Shown: positions 19,530 to 28,908, numbered from the stretch's first letter. The stretch is 64,000 bases of DNA from Candidatus Binatia bacterium (GCA_963664015.2 CAXXLF010000001.1:416001-480000), one strand, 5' to 3'. Numbers and translations: made by a program. The notes: a model not told the origin generated them from the sequence alone.

Positions 19530-20090
19530 CTACCGTCTTCCGATCATTTCCTGATTCAAGACCAATCGGGTCTGGCGCCCTAGGAGATCGAGCAGAACAG
19601 CCACTCGCTCCGAACCCTTCATCTCACTCTCGAAGAGAGCTTCGAGGCTTGCCATCGGCCCTTCCTTGATCAGAACGGTCTCACCGGCCAGGTATGGCCG
19701 GGGTTTGTAATCTGCCACACCATCGGGGCAGCGCTTCCGGAGATCGGCGACCACTTCCTCCTCTACTTCCGTAATGTTGTTTCCGAATCTTACAAAGTCC
19801 TTAACCCCTGGAGCATACCTTGCGGCCTTGCCGGCAACAAAAAGATCCAGTCGACAGAACAGATATCCGGGAAAGAGCGGATCCAACACCTTTTGAAACC
19901 GGCTCCCTATCCGGCGCCGCATACGAACCCACGGCAAAAAGACCTCCAGGTCAAGATCCATATACCTCCTCTCAACGGTCTTTTCTTTTTTGACCTTGGT
20001 CTGGACTACATACCAACGAAGCCCGGTGTTAAATACTGCGCGACTTTTGCTGCTATCCTTCATAAAGCAAATCCTAATTAATGGCTCCAA
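19530..20090 (-). CDS. NusG/RfaH-family transcription antiterminator paralogue
   Basis: WYVVQTK, PLFPGYLF NGN domain, KOW-like GETVLIKEGP; heads the glycan locus. Confidence 0.85.
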   Translation of the reverse strand: MEPLIRICFMKDSSKSRAVFNTGLRWYVVQTKVKKEKTVERRYMDLDLEVFLPWVRMRRRIGSRFQKVLDPLFPGYLFCRLDLFVAGKAARYAPGVKDFVRFGNNITEVEEEVVADLRKRCPDGVADYKPRPYLAGETVLIKEGPMASLEALFESEMKGSERVAVLLDLLGRQTRLVLNQEMIGRR

Positions 20091-20836
20091 AGAGACCTAT
20101 TTCCGTAACTAAAGTCTCCACTCTATCCGGGAACCTTCCGTCCTGTATGCGTTTTTCCACCTTACCTACCGCAATGGCTACAGCGCCGGCCTTGACACCG
20201 AGAAGGGTCCCGATCGACAGCAAAGTAAGCTGGGTTTCTTTTCTGATTAAATACATGGTGAGGTGCTGCGCGATAGCCTTACGACTCCTCTTCTGCATCT
20301 CTCCATCCCCATCCAAACCCATGGTAAGGCTGATCTGCCGGATAATGTCTTTGGCTTTTATAAGATCGGCGCCGTCGATTTGAGGCCGGTTGGATGATAC
20401 CATTCTAGGAGCACCGAGGGTGGGGTTTATCCCATTTTTATTCTCTTTGAGTACGGGGACCCACCGGCATAGACGGTGAATCTGGCCGGTAAAATTAATG
20501 AGTTGATCCTTGGGCAAAAGCAGGCTTTTATAACGCCCATCAAAGAGGGTGCCACTCCTCTTGTAACGTCGGTTAAAATAGGCGACATAGCTCGTGCCTA
20601 ATCCCTGCATGAACCTGCCGATATTCGTCCTTGGAGTCTCCAAAATTATCTGGAGATGGTTGGTCACGAGGATATATCCGTAAAGGCGGCAACCCAATCG
20701 TTTTCTGTAGCGGTTTAAAAGATCTATGTAATAGGATTGATCCTTAGTAATCACGGAAGATCGCTTGACGATTGTTGCATTCAACCGTGATACAGTACAA
20801 GGCATTTTCAAATTGAGATTTGAGCGTGCGTGTCAT
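20074..20836 (-). pseudogene. Degenerate RAYT/IS200-like (Y1 HUH) transposase domain + DnaA-C-like HTH, frameshifted near 20748
   Basis: MTRTLKSQFENALYCITVECNNRQAIFRD in one frame, continuing as KDQSYY..YGYILVTNHLQI..MQGLGTSYVAYFNRRYKRSGTLFDGRYKS and a C-terminal MYLIRKETQLTLLSIG HTH in another. Confidence 0.7.
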
Positions 20837-21109
20837 TGCTTTACAAAGGTAATAAGAGCAATGAAGACACTGTAAGGTACTGTAATGGTAACAAATGTCA
20901 AGTAAAAACATTAAAAGCCTGCCCCCTTTGTCACGAACCTTTAATATCAATGAATAGAGCGCTAACCCTAAGGCTGTGGGTAAATTACTAACAGTCCGTG
21001 CGTAACGGATTCTAAGTATTTAGAATGTTGGAACTCTTCGCTAGTTTTACTAAAAAGGAATGACTATTATTTCAGAAGAGATTTTTATTTTATCTGTAAG
21101 GGTATTTTT

Positions 21110-22228
21110 TTGGCTTCAGTTACCGACACGATCGAATCCCTCCAGGCCTGCATCGACAACCCCCTGGACCGGAATCTAATCGGCAAGAATATGATTGCGG
21201 GGATCGTTGGCGATGCCCCGTCCCATTACGCCAAGAGCCCGCCGATCTGGAACGCCGCTTTCCGTCGACTTGGAATAGACGCACTCTATCTTCCCTTTGA
21301 TGTCCAAACCTCGCGGCTCAAAGACCTCGCGAGCGTCCTCAAGGACTCGGAGCGGATCATGGGAGTTAACATCACGGTACCTTACAAGGTCCAAATATTG
21401 GATCACCTGGATGGACTGGAGGAGAAAGCCGATCAGATCAAGGCTGTCAACACGGTGGTCCGGACCGAGGATGGACGCCTCTTGGGATCCAACACGGATG
21501 GCAGCGGCTTTTTGGATAGCATCCGGTCACCTCGTTACAGGCAGGAGGGGGCGTTTATGGAGACTCTTGACGGTATCGATGTCCTGATGATCGGTGCCGG
21601 GGGATCGGCTCGAGCCTTGGCCTTTTATCTCGCGGAGACCATGGGATCCGGGAAACTCCTGATCTGTAACCGTACAGCAAAGGCGGCCGAATCCCTGGCA
21701 CGGGAAGTGTCACAGGCATTCGGTAACGCTCAGGCTATCAAAGAAAATGAAATCGCTGTCTGGGCACCCAAGGTAGGTTTGATCGTCAATTGCTCGACGC
21801 GAGGCCAAGGAGGTATTCGAAAGATGGTCGACGGTCGAGTCACCGTCCTGGAGCCTTTTTCGGCTTTGGCGCCTGCTAATCCGGCCGCTTTCCCGGAATC
21901 GACTCTTTCAAATCCGGATTTTTATCGGGATTGGCTGAAAGCGTCCCAATCGGACGTCGAGGCTAATCAGGAGGCATCGCTCAGCCTAGCTCGTTCGATT
22001 CCATCTCACGTGGCCTTTTGCGACTTGATCTATTATCCGGAAGAGACGGTTTTTTTACGCCACGGTCGCCTAACCGGCCATCGGACTCTGAATGGCAAGG
22101 GCATGAACGTAGCTCAGGCTGTAGCCGCGTTTTTCAACAAGGTGTGTCGATCTTATCTGCGAGATCAAGGGAAAGACGATCCCGCGACCTATCAACTGGT
22201 GATCGACGCTATGACCGAAGCCTGGTGA
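21110..22228 (+). CDS. aroE: Shikimate dehydrogenase family protein
   Basis: NITVPYK, AVNT, NTDG, GAGGSARA, DLIYYP, GKGM; start uncertain. Confidence 0.8.
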   Translation: MASVTDTIESLQACIDNPLDRNLIGKNMIAGIVGDAPSHYAKSPPIWNAAFRRLGIDALYLPFDVQTSRLKDLASVLKDSERIMGVNITVPYKVQILDHLDGLEEKADQIKAVNTVVRTEDGRLLGSNTDGSGFLDSIRSPRYRQEGAFMETLDGIDVLMIGAGGSARALAFYLAETMGSGKLLICNRTAKAAESLAREVSQAFGNAQAIKENEIAVWAPKVGLIVNCSTRGQGGIRKMVDGRVTVLEPFSALAPANPAAFPESTLSNPDFYRDWLKASQSDVEANQEASLSLARSIPSHVAFCDLIYYPEETVFLRHGRLTGHRTLNGKGMNVAQAVAAFFNKVCRSYLRDQGKDDPATYQLVIDAMTEAW

Positions 22229-22358
22229 GCCCCGTACCGTAGACTCGAAAAGTACAGCCCCCCCTTATGGTAATAGACGGCAGATTTTCACTACTCGTCG
22301 GACCGTAGTGGCGAAGGCTCCGACACCCTAATCCTGGATCTTTTTTCCGGATCGGTGC

Positions 22359-23156
22359 TCATCTATTATGAGGTGCTTTACGGTACTGGGTAATTGAGGG
22401 CCAAATCATGGAAATGCCGAACAAGACCAAGAGGAAACTAATCCACTGGGCCTGGGTCATGCCCAGGCCCAGTACTGGGTTGATGCGCCAAAACTCAACC
22501 ATGAAGCGAGCTGCCCCTGCAAGGACCAGATAGAGCCAAAAGATTATACCGTACGGAAGATTTTTCTTTCGTATAGACCACAAGATTCCGAAGATCACCA
22601 GAGATTGAAAAAATTCATAGAGGGGTGTCGGGTGAACGCTGACTCCGGGAGGATAAGGCACACCCGTCAGGGGATGGACCCAACCAATGATGGCCTTCGT
22701 ATAGGCGACGGCCCAGGGTAAATCCGAAACGGTGCCCCAGTCCCCATCTCCCGCCAAATGGCAACCTATCCTTCCAATACCGTATGCGATGGCTAAAGCC
22801 GGTATACAGATATCCGCCGCCTGGAGCCAGGGGATCCCGTTGCGCCTCACGATCCAGGTTACCGCCAACACCCCACCTAACAGACCGCCATACCAGGTAA
22901 AACCCGCACCGCTGATTATAAAATCCAGTGGGGACTGAATAAACCGGTTCCAGTCCTCAAAGATAAAGAAGATCCTCGCACCTAATAGTCCACCCACGGC
23001 CCCGGCGATGACCAGCGTCGATGCCAGTTCCGGATCGTATCGGTAACGTTTCAGCTCCAGCCAGACGATCCATCCGGCTACCATCGCGGCAATCGCCATG
23101 AGAGTCCCGAAGCTGTAGACGGTCAACGGGCCTAATTTGAAGATAATGGGGTACAT
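22359..23156 (-). CDS. lgt: Prolipoprotein diacylglyceryl transferase
   Basis: GLLGARI, WYGG, GRIGC, HPTPLYE, RFMVEFWR. Confidence 0.9.
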   Translation of the reverse strand: MYPIIFKLGPLTVYSFGTLMAIAAMVAGWIVWLELKRYRYDPELASTLVIAGAVGGLLGARIFFIFEDWNRFIQSPLDFIISGAGFTWYGGLLGGVLAVTWIVRRNGIPWLQAADICIPALAIAYGIGRIGCHLAGDGDWGTVSDLPWAVAYTKAIIGWVHPLTGVPYPPGVSVHPTPLYEFFQSLVIFGILWSIRKKNLPYGIIFWLYLVLAGAARFMVEFWRINPVLGLGMTQAQWISFLLVLFGISMIWPSITQYRKAPHNR

Positions 23157-23159
23157 GGG

Positions 23160-23454
23160 ACAGTTATTAGTTATTGGTCAATAGTAAAGGGTGAATGGTA
23201 AATAGTTAGTCAAGGGGAAATCGTGAAGCATCAATAGTTATTGGTCAATCGGGAACAGCAAATAGCGAATCGTGAAAAGCAAATAGTCAATGTTTAATAG
23301 TACCTGCCGGGAACTGGAGTGTAAAGCTTTAGGGTGAAGGCGTTTGTTGGGTTATTTGTGTTTATTGAGTTCGTTGTGCTCTTTGAGTTGGTGTGGTCCG
23401 TAGTCAGTAGTTCCGTGCTGGTTTTTCGATCAACTGTTAACCATTGACTATTAA
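23160..23454. repeat. Modular repeat cassette: AATAGTC/GCGAATA heptamers, 9-mers, shared 90-bp block
   Basis: agttattagttattggtcaatag, gcaaatagcgaatcg; 23365-23454 nearly identical to 19379-19468. Confidence 0.8.
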
Positions 23455-23479
23455 GGATTCACGATTTACCAATCTATGC

Positions 23480-23920
23480 ATGCGTCTTGTTATCCAGAGG
23501 GTCAGCCAGGCCAAAGTTACGGTCGATGGACGCGAGATCGGCAACATTGCCCAGGGCCTTTGCCTGTTCCTGGGTATTGCCAAGGGTGATAATAAGCAGA
23601 ACGCCGATTATCTAGCCCAAAAGTCTGCAGAGCTGAGGATCTTTGAGGATGACACTGGGAAATTCAACCGGTCGCTGTCGGAAATAGGTGGTGAGGCCCT
23701 GGTAGTATCACAGTTTACCCTTTACGGCGACTGCACCAAGGGACGTCGCCCCTCCTTCAGTCATGCGGCACCCCCTGACGAAGCAGAGGTCCTATACAAC
23801 TATTTCGTCGATCAACTGCGCGATAAGGGGATAAAGATAGGGACCGGCCAATTTCAGGCAAAGATGGAGGTTTCCATCGTAAACACTGGACCTGTAACTC
23901 TTATTTTGGATAGTAAATAG
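23480..23920 (+). CDS. dtd: D-aminoacyl-tRNA deacylase
   Basis: MRLVIQRV, LRIFED, SQFTL, GRRPSF, NTGPVT. Confidence 0.95.
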   Translation: MRLVIQRVSQAKVTVDGREIGNIAQGLCLFLGIAKGDNKQNADYLAQKSAELRIFEDDTGKFNRSLSEIGGEALVVSQFTLYGDCTKGRRPSFSHAAPPDEAEVLYNYFVDQLRDKGIKIGTGQFQAKMEVSIVNTGPVTLILDSK

Positions 23921-23924
23921 CCGT

Positions 23925-24222
23925 TAACCAGACGTCGGAGATCAGAGATCGGCAAGTAGTTAATAGTCAATAGTTATTGGTTATTTGTCAATGGTTAACA
24001 GAACAGAAACCCAGATCCTGGCACGTAACAATGAGCCCAACTTAGCCGCGTTCAACTAGATAAACCTCAGGCGGATCCACCAGAGGCGGACCCGCCTTTG
24101 GCGGGGACTGATCCGCCTCTGGTGGAAGATAGACCTGATAACCCCAAAAACCCAGCAAACCCGAGAAACTGAACGAACTAAACCAACCAGATAGACTAAA
24201 AAACGAAATCAACCAGAGCAAC
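23925..24222. repeat. Modular repeat cassette: heptamers, nested CCGCC hairpins, 9-mer array
   Basis: gtcggagatcagagatcgg, taatagtcaatagttattgg, ccaccagaggcgga, aacccgagaaactgaacgaactaaac. Confidence 0.8.
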
Positions 24223-24226
24223 CGCC

Positions 24227-24679
24227 ATGCACGTCGTCCTATACCAACCTGAGATTCCGCCCAATACGGGATCGATCGCTCGCCTGTGTGCCGCAACCAA
24301 AACACCACTCCATTTGATTGCACCCCTGGGCTTCAAGATTGATGATAAGCACCTCAAACGAGCCGGCCTCGATTACTGGAGATTTGTCGACCTAACCCTT
24401 CATGATTGTTGGGAAGAATTCCTTGCAAAAAGTTGCGATCAACGATTGCTCTTTTTTTCCAAGAAAGCCAGTAAATCGTATACCCAGGCGATCTATCAAG
24501 ACAGCGATTCTCTCATCTTTGGCCCGGAGACTCGAGGTCTCCCCGAAGACCTGCTGGAAACGCATAAAGATCAGGCCTATGTCATTCCGATGATGAGCAA
24601 GGACGTCCGTAGCCTCAACCTTTCCAATGCCGTCTCCATTGTTCTCTACGAAGCGTTGCGACAGAAAGGAAAACTATAG
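24227..24679 (+). CDS. trmL: tRNA (cytidine/uridine-34-2'-O)-methyltransferase
   Basis: PEIPPNTG, RAGLDYW, FGPETRGL, RSLNLS. Confidence 0.95.
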   Translation: MHVVLYQPEIPPNTGSIARLCAATKTPLHLIAPLGFKIDDKHLKRAGLDYWRFVDLTLHDCWEEFLAKSCDQRLLFFSKKASKSYTQAIYQDSDSLIFGPETRGLPEDLLETHKDQAYVIPMMSKDVRSLNLSNAVSIVLYEALRQKGKL

Positions 24680-24680
24680 T

Positions 24681-24861
24681 CGGCTGCTGAAAAAGACGCA
24701 TATGCCAACAGGCTGCTTCAAGCAGACGCCTATGATAGTGGCGGTTAATCGGCCGGGATAATTTTCTCGCTCTAAGCAGAGTCACTCCAACGTACCGCCT
24801 AAGTACGCCTCCGCTCGTCGATCTTTCGCGCGCCTCGCCTCTGAAATTTTTTTGAACAGTC
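24681..24861 (+). mobile_element. MITE/REP-like element with terminal inverted repeats GGCTGCTGAAAAA...TTTTTGAACAG
   Basis: Imperfect TIRs; core also present in reverse orientation at 32875-32970. Confidence 0.55.
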
Positions 24862-25029
24862 TGGAAACAGAGTTTTTCAAACCCACTAGGTCTGAACCAC
24901 ATTCTTATCGGCGGACCGTGGGTCCGAATAATACGCCTTTAACACGCGTTCAAAGGGCTTGACGGGATGACCGAATGTGATTAATGTATCACTCTAGTGA
25001 ATCCTAATAGAATTTGGAGGCGTTGTTCT

Positions 25030-26250
25030 ATGTTTACTAGGTTCCTTAAGCCGTTTCGGTTATCGCTGCTCGGTTTTATCATACCCCTTATTGCATTATC
25101 GGTAGTAACCCTGTCGGGTGCGGCTCAAAGTGGAAGAGCCTTTAATCTCATCCTCTCCTATACGGATGTGACCGTCGGCCCCGGTCAAGATTTCGAGATG
25201 GACGTTGACGTGGTCAATCCGGGGAAGGAGCCCGTCCTGGTCAAACTACAGACCGACTCGGTCCCTGGAGGCTGGGAAGCCGCCTTTCACTCCCGTTACC
25301 CTAGCTTTCCCGTGCGGTCGGTCATGGTGGAGGGAGAAAAATCCAAGACCCTGGAGTTCAAGGTCAAGGTCCCGGATAAAGTTGATGGCAAAACCTTCAC
25401 CATTAAAGTTTCAGCCAAAGACAGGCGGGGTGGCTCGGCACAATCCGAGACGATAACCTTTCGCCTAGTTGCCAAAAAGGTCGAAACTGGAGGGCTCAAG
25501 CTGGAAAGCCAATACCCGGAATTGACCGGTCCGACCAATCAAACTTTCAAGTTCAGCGTTGATCTCAAAAACGAAACCGACAAAGACCTCACCACAGCCG
25601 TATCGGGGCAAGCACCCTCCGGGTGGCGGGTCCTTGTAAAACCCCAGTTCGACGATAATATCCTCTCCTCCATCGCCCTTAAGAAAAGCGCCTCTCAAAC
25701 CCTGAGCGTGGAGATCGAAGCTCCGACGCTCGCCGAGGCCGGCGAATATCCCATTAGCTTCACGGCGCTATCGGGACCCTTCAAGGCCGAAAAGCAGTTC
25801 AAAGTGATATTGACCGGTACTTATGATTTCATCATGGGAGTGCCCACTCCGGGTGACCGGCTGGCCCTCAGGCTCAACACTTCGGTTAAAGTAGGCAAAA
25901 AATCCGACGTGGATTTCGTGATCGTCAATACGGGGACGGCTCCCCTTCTCAACCTAACCTTCAAATCTACTAAACCCGAGGGCTGGACTTTGGAGTTCGA
26001 ACCAAAGAAAATCGACTCACTCAAGCCGGGAGATTTCCGCCAGATCGTCACTTCGATTCAGACCGCTGACCGAACCATTGCGGGAGATTATCTTTTGAAC
26101 GTAACTTCAAAAAATCCGGACGCCACCAAGAACATCGACTTCCGAGTCACCGTAGCACCACCGACACTTTGGGGCTGGATTGGCGCCCTGATCGTCGCTC
26201 TCGTCATCCTCGGGCTATCAGCTGTCTTTTACCGTTTGGGCCGACGATGA
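25030..26250 (+). CDS. Exported protein with repeated Ig-like (NEW3-like) domains and C-terminal membrane anchor; ABC accessory
   Basis: Signal peptide, three repeated P-x-GW beta modules, C-terminal TM + GRR; GGAGG RBS. Confidence 0.75.
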   Translation: MFTRFLKPFRLSLLGFIIPLIALSVVTLSGAAQSGRAFNLILSYTDVTVGPGQDFEMDVDVVNPGKEPVLVKLQTDSVPGGWEAAFHSRYPSFPVRSVMVEGEKSKTLEFKVKVPDKVDGKTFTIKVSAKDRRGGSAQSETITFRLVAKKVETGGLKLESQYPELTGPTNQTFKFSVDLKNETDKDLTTAVSGQAPSGWRVLVKPQFDDNILSSIALKKSASQTLSVEIEAPTLAEAGEYPISFTALSGPFKAEKQFKVILTGTYDFIMGVPTPGDRLALRLNTSVKVGKKSDVDFVIVNTGTAPLLNLTFKSTKPEGWTLEFEPKKIDSLKPGDFRQIVTSIQTADRTIAGDYLLNVTSKNPDATKNIDFRVTVAPPTLWGWIGALIVALVILGLSAVFYRLGRR

Positions 26251-27206
26251 GCGCGATCATTGCAACTAAAGGTCTGACCAAGCGCTACCGGGACCTGATC
26301 GCAGTTAACGATCTCAACCTCGACGTTGAACAAAAAGAGATATTCGGGTTCCTCGGCCCCAACGGTTCCGGCAAGACGACGACTATCCTGATGCTCCTGG
26401 GGCTGACCGAACCGACGGGCGGTGATGCCACCGTCTGTGGTTTTAATCCAACCAGAAACCCGTTGGAGGTAAAAAGACGTGTCGGCTACCTTCCCGAGAG
26501 CCCGGGCTTTTACGAGGACCTTAGCGCCGAGGACAACCTGCTCTATATCGGTCGCCTGAACCGGGTCGATGGCATTGAGAACGGACATCGCATCGGGGAG
26601 GTCCTTGAACAAGTGGAACTCGCCGCCGAGAAGAATCGCCCGGTGAGAGAATTTTCCCGCGGTATGAAGCAGAGGCTAGGCTTTGCCGAGGTCCTGATCA
26701 AGGAACCTGAGGTTATCATACTGGATGAGCCGACACTCGGGATCGATCCCGATGGCGTCAACCGAATCCTTGACCTGATCCTCAGCCTCAATCGGGATCA
26801 GGGACTCACGGTCATGCTCAGCTCTCACCTACTCCACCAGGTACAGCGGATCTGCAACCGTATCGGAATCATCGTCAACGGCAAAATGATCGTCCATGGC
26901 ACGGTGGATGTGCTAGGCAAAGCCATCCTCAGAGAGCACCAGTGGAATTTCCTGCTCGAGGTTGCGGGTCAAACGGATCAGTTGCAGTCGGATCTCGAGT
27001 TGCTTCCCGGTGTCGGCAAGGTAGAGCCGCGCGTGAACGGTTGGTTCTTACGTTGCACCAAAGACGTACGAGCCGAACTGGTTTCCCTGGTTCAGGGAAA
27101 GGGCTGCTCACTACTGCAACTGCGCTCCGAGGACCCTACATTGGAGGAGATATATCTCAAATACTTTCGGGACGAGGGTAAACAGCCAGTTGCAAATAGC
27201 GAATAG
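26247..27206 (+). CDS. ABC-2-type transporter ATP-binding protein
   Basis: GPNGSGKT, FSRGMKQR, LDEPT; ATGA overlap with upstream gene. Confidence 0.92.
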   Translation: MSAIIATKGLTKRYRDLIAVNDLNLDVEQKEIFGFLGPNGSGKTTTILMLLGLTEPTGGDATVCGFNPTRNPLEVKRRVGYLPESPGFYEDLSAEDNLLYIGRLNRVDGIENGHRIGEVLEQVELAAEKNRPVREFSRGMKQRLGFAEVLIKEPEVIILDEPTLGIDPDGVNRILDLILSLNRDQGLTVMLSSHLLHQVQRICNRIGIIVNGKMIVHGTVDVLGKAILREHQWNFLLEVAGQTDQLQSDLELLPGVGKVEPRVNGWFLRCTKDVRAELVSLVQGKGCSLLQLRSEDPTLEEIYLKYFRDEGKQPVANSE

Positions 27207-27460
27207 TTGTTAGCCCGATGTCGGAGGTCGGCAAAAAATCAATAGTCATTGGTCAACGGCGAATAGAAAATAGTTAATAGTTATTAGTCAACAGTTAATC
27301 GAAAAACCAGCACGGAACTACTGACTACGGACCACACCAACTCAAAGAACCCAACAAAACAGATCAACCAAACAAACTAGATAAACTAAACGATCCCGAA
27401 AAACTCAAGAAACGCAATAAACTCGATCAACTCGACAAAGATAGAAGAGATAGACCAAGG
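27190..27460. repeat. Modular repeat cassette inside the ABC operon
   Basis: gcaaatagcgaatag, aatagtcattggtc, reverse copy of the 90-bp block, 9-mer array aactagataaactaaac. Confidence 0.8.
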
Positions 27461-27479
27461 ATATAAGGACGGAGCTAAT

Positions 27480-28376
27480 ATGGGTGTTGTTTTTTGGAAG
27501 GAACTTTCGGACCATTTCGGCAGTCGACGCTTTTTTATCCTGCTGATCTTAATACTGCTAACGGGGCTTTGGGCCGTTTTTAGCTCCGGCCAAGCCATCC
27601 GGGATCTGGCACAAGAGATTCCAACAGAGTTTGTCTTCCTGCTTCTTCTCACCGCCCAGCCGGGAACCGCTTTTTCATTAGCTGGCTTTTTGATGTTCTT
27701 TGGTCCCCTGGTAGGCATCACTCTGGGTTTTGACTCAATCAGTGGCGAATATGCAGGAGGGACCTTGAGCCGTGTCCTATCCCAACCTATTTACCGTGAC
27801 AATCTGATCACCGGGAAATTCCTCGCAGGGCTTGCCACGGTTGCGATCTTTTGGGCCGCTATTTTACTCATTGTAATCGGCTTCGGCATCGTGCTTTTGG
27901 GCTTTCCTCCAAATGCAGAGGAACTGTGGCGGATGCTGATCTTTACGGTAGCAGGTATCCTGTATGTAGGGTTCTGGCTCGCACTAGCCTCACTTTTCTC
28001 TCTACTCTTTAAACGCACGGTCACGGCAGCCTTGGCCTCCCTCGCTACGTGGCTGTTCCTTGCGGTCTTTTTCGGCATGATCGCTCAGGGCGTCGCGGCG
28101 CTCTTCAACTCGACCAATCACAACATACAGCTAATGATCAGCCGGATTTCACCCAATTTCCTGTTTGCCGATGCCATTCGCATTCTGATCGATCCCCGGG
28201 GCGAGATCCTCGAACGAGCGACTCGAGGCCAAGCCGCGGGAATCCTCCCCACCCCTCTGGACCTCGGGCAGAGTTTGGCGGTGATCTGGCCGCATCTGAC
28301 CACCTTGTTCGCCCTCGTCGCAATTTGTTTCGGGATTGCTTATATCAAGTTTATGCGGGAAGAAATACGTGCGTAG
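27480..28376 (+). CDS. ABC-2-type permease
   Basis: VFWKELSDH, GFDSISGEYAGGTLSRVLSQPIYR; multiple TM segments. Confidence 0.9.
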   Translation: MGVVFWKELSDHFGSRRFFILLILILLTGLWAVFSSGQAIRDLAQEIPTEFVFLLLLTAQPGTAFSLAGFLMFFGPLVGITLGFDSISGEYAGGTLSRVLSQPIYRDNLITGKFLAGLATVAIFWAAILLIVIGFGIVLLGFPPNAEELWRMLIFTVAGILYVGFWLALASLFSLLFKRTVTAALASLATWLFLAVFFGMIAQGVAALFNSTNHNIQLMISRISPNFLFADAIRILIDPRGEILERATRGQAAGILPTPLDLGQSLAVIWPHLTTLFALVAICFGIAYIKFMREEIRA

Positions 28377-28409
28377 ACTGACCAGACAACAGACGTCGAA
28401 GATCAGGTA

Positions 28410-28790
28410 ATGCAGCTGAACTCGGCGAAGGACCTGGATGTTTATAAGAAAATCTACCAATTGGCTATGAAGGTCTTCGAAATGAGCAAAGACTTCGCCG
28501 CCGAGGAGAGATTTGCTTTAACAAGCCAAATTCGGCGGGCATCACGTTCTGTTTGCCTGAATCTACGTGAGGCCTGGGCAACGAGAAGGTATGAAGCGTA
28601 TTTTGTAAGTAAACTAACTGATTGCAACGGAGAAAACAGTGAGACGGATTCCGCTTTAGATTTCTCCAAATATTGCGGTTACATCACACGATAGCAACAT
28701 CATGAATTGGTGGCCCTTTGTCAACAAGTTGGCAAGATGCTCGGTAGCATGCTCAAGAATCCCGGGCCCTTTCTAACCTCCGAGCGCTGA
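28410..28790 (+). pseudogene. Four-helix-bundle protein (23S rRNA IVS/Avd-like family) with in-frame TAG at 28692
   Basis: DLDVYK..F..EERFALTSQIRRASRSVCLNLREAW..RRY..F..KL..GEN.ET; reads on past the stop as QHHELVALCQQVGKMLGSMLKNP. Confidence 0.85.
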
Positions 28791-28905
28791 TTTTTTGACT
28801 TCTGACCTCTGAGTTCTGTCGTTCTTTACCCCTTTGCACGGGGCATCTATTTCCTGACTGATCTCCGATGTCTGACTTCTGATCTCTGCCCTCTGACCTC
28901 CGCCC
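28791..28905. repeat. TCTGACC/TCTGATC heptamer array
   Basis: cttctgacctctgagttctg...tctgacttctgatctctgccctctgacctccg. Confidence 0.8.
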
Positions 28906-28908
28906 CCT

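Noticed and set aside
20160-20175. ops-like GCGGTAG on the minus strand
   Set aside because: Only a partial match to GGCGGTAGnnTG and lies inside a coding region; could be chance.
28410-28790. Diversity-generating retroelement (Avd-like gene)
   Set aside because: No reverse transcriptase in the window. The 17077/18046 duplicated pair differs at all base types, not only adenines, so it is not a TR/VR pair.
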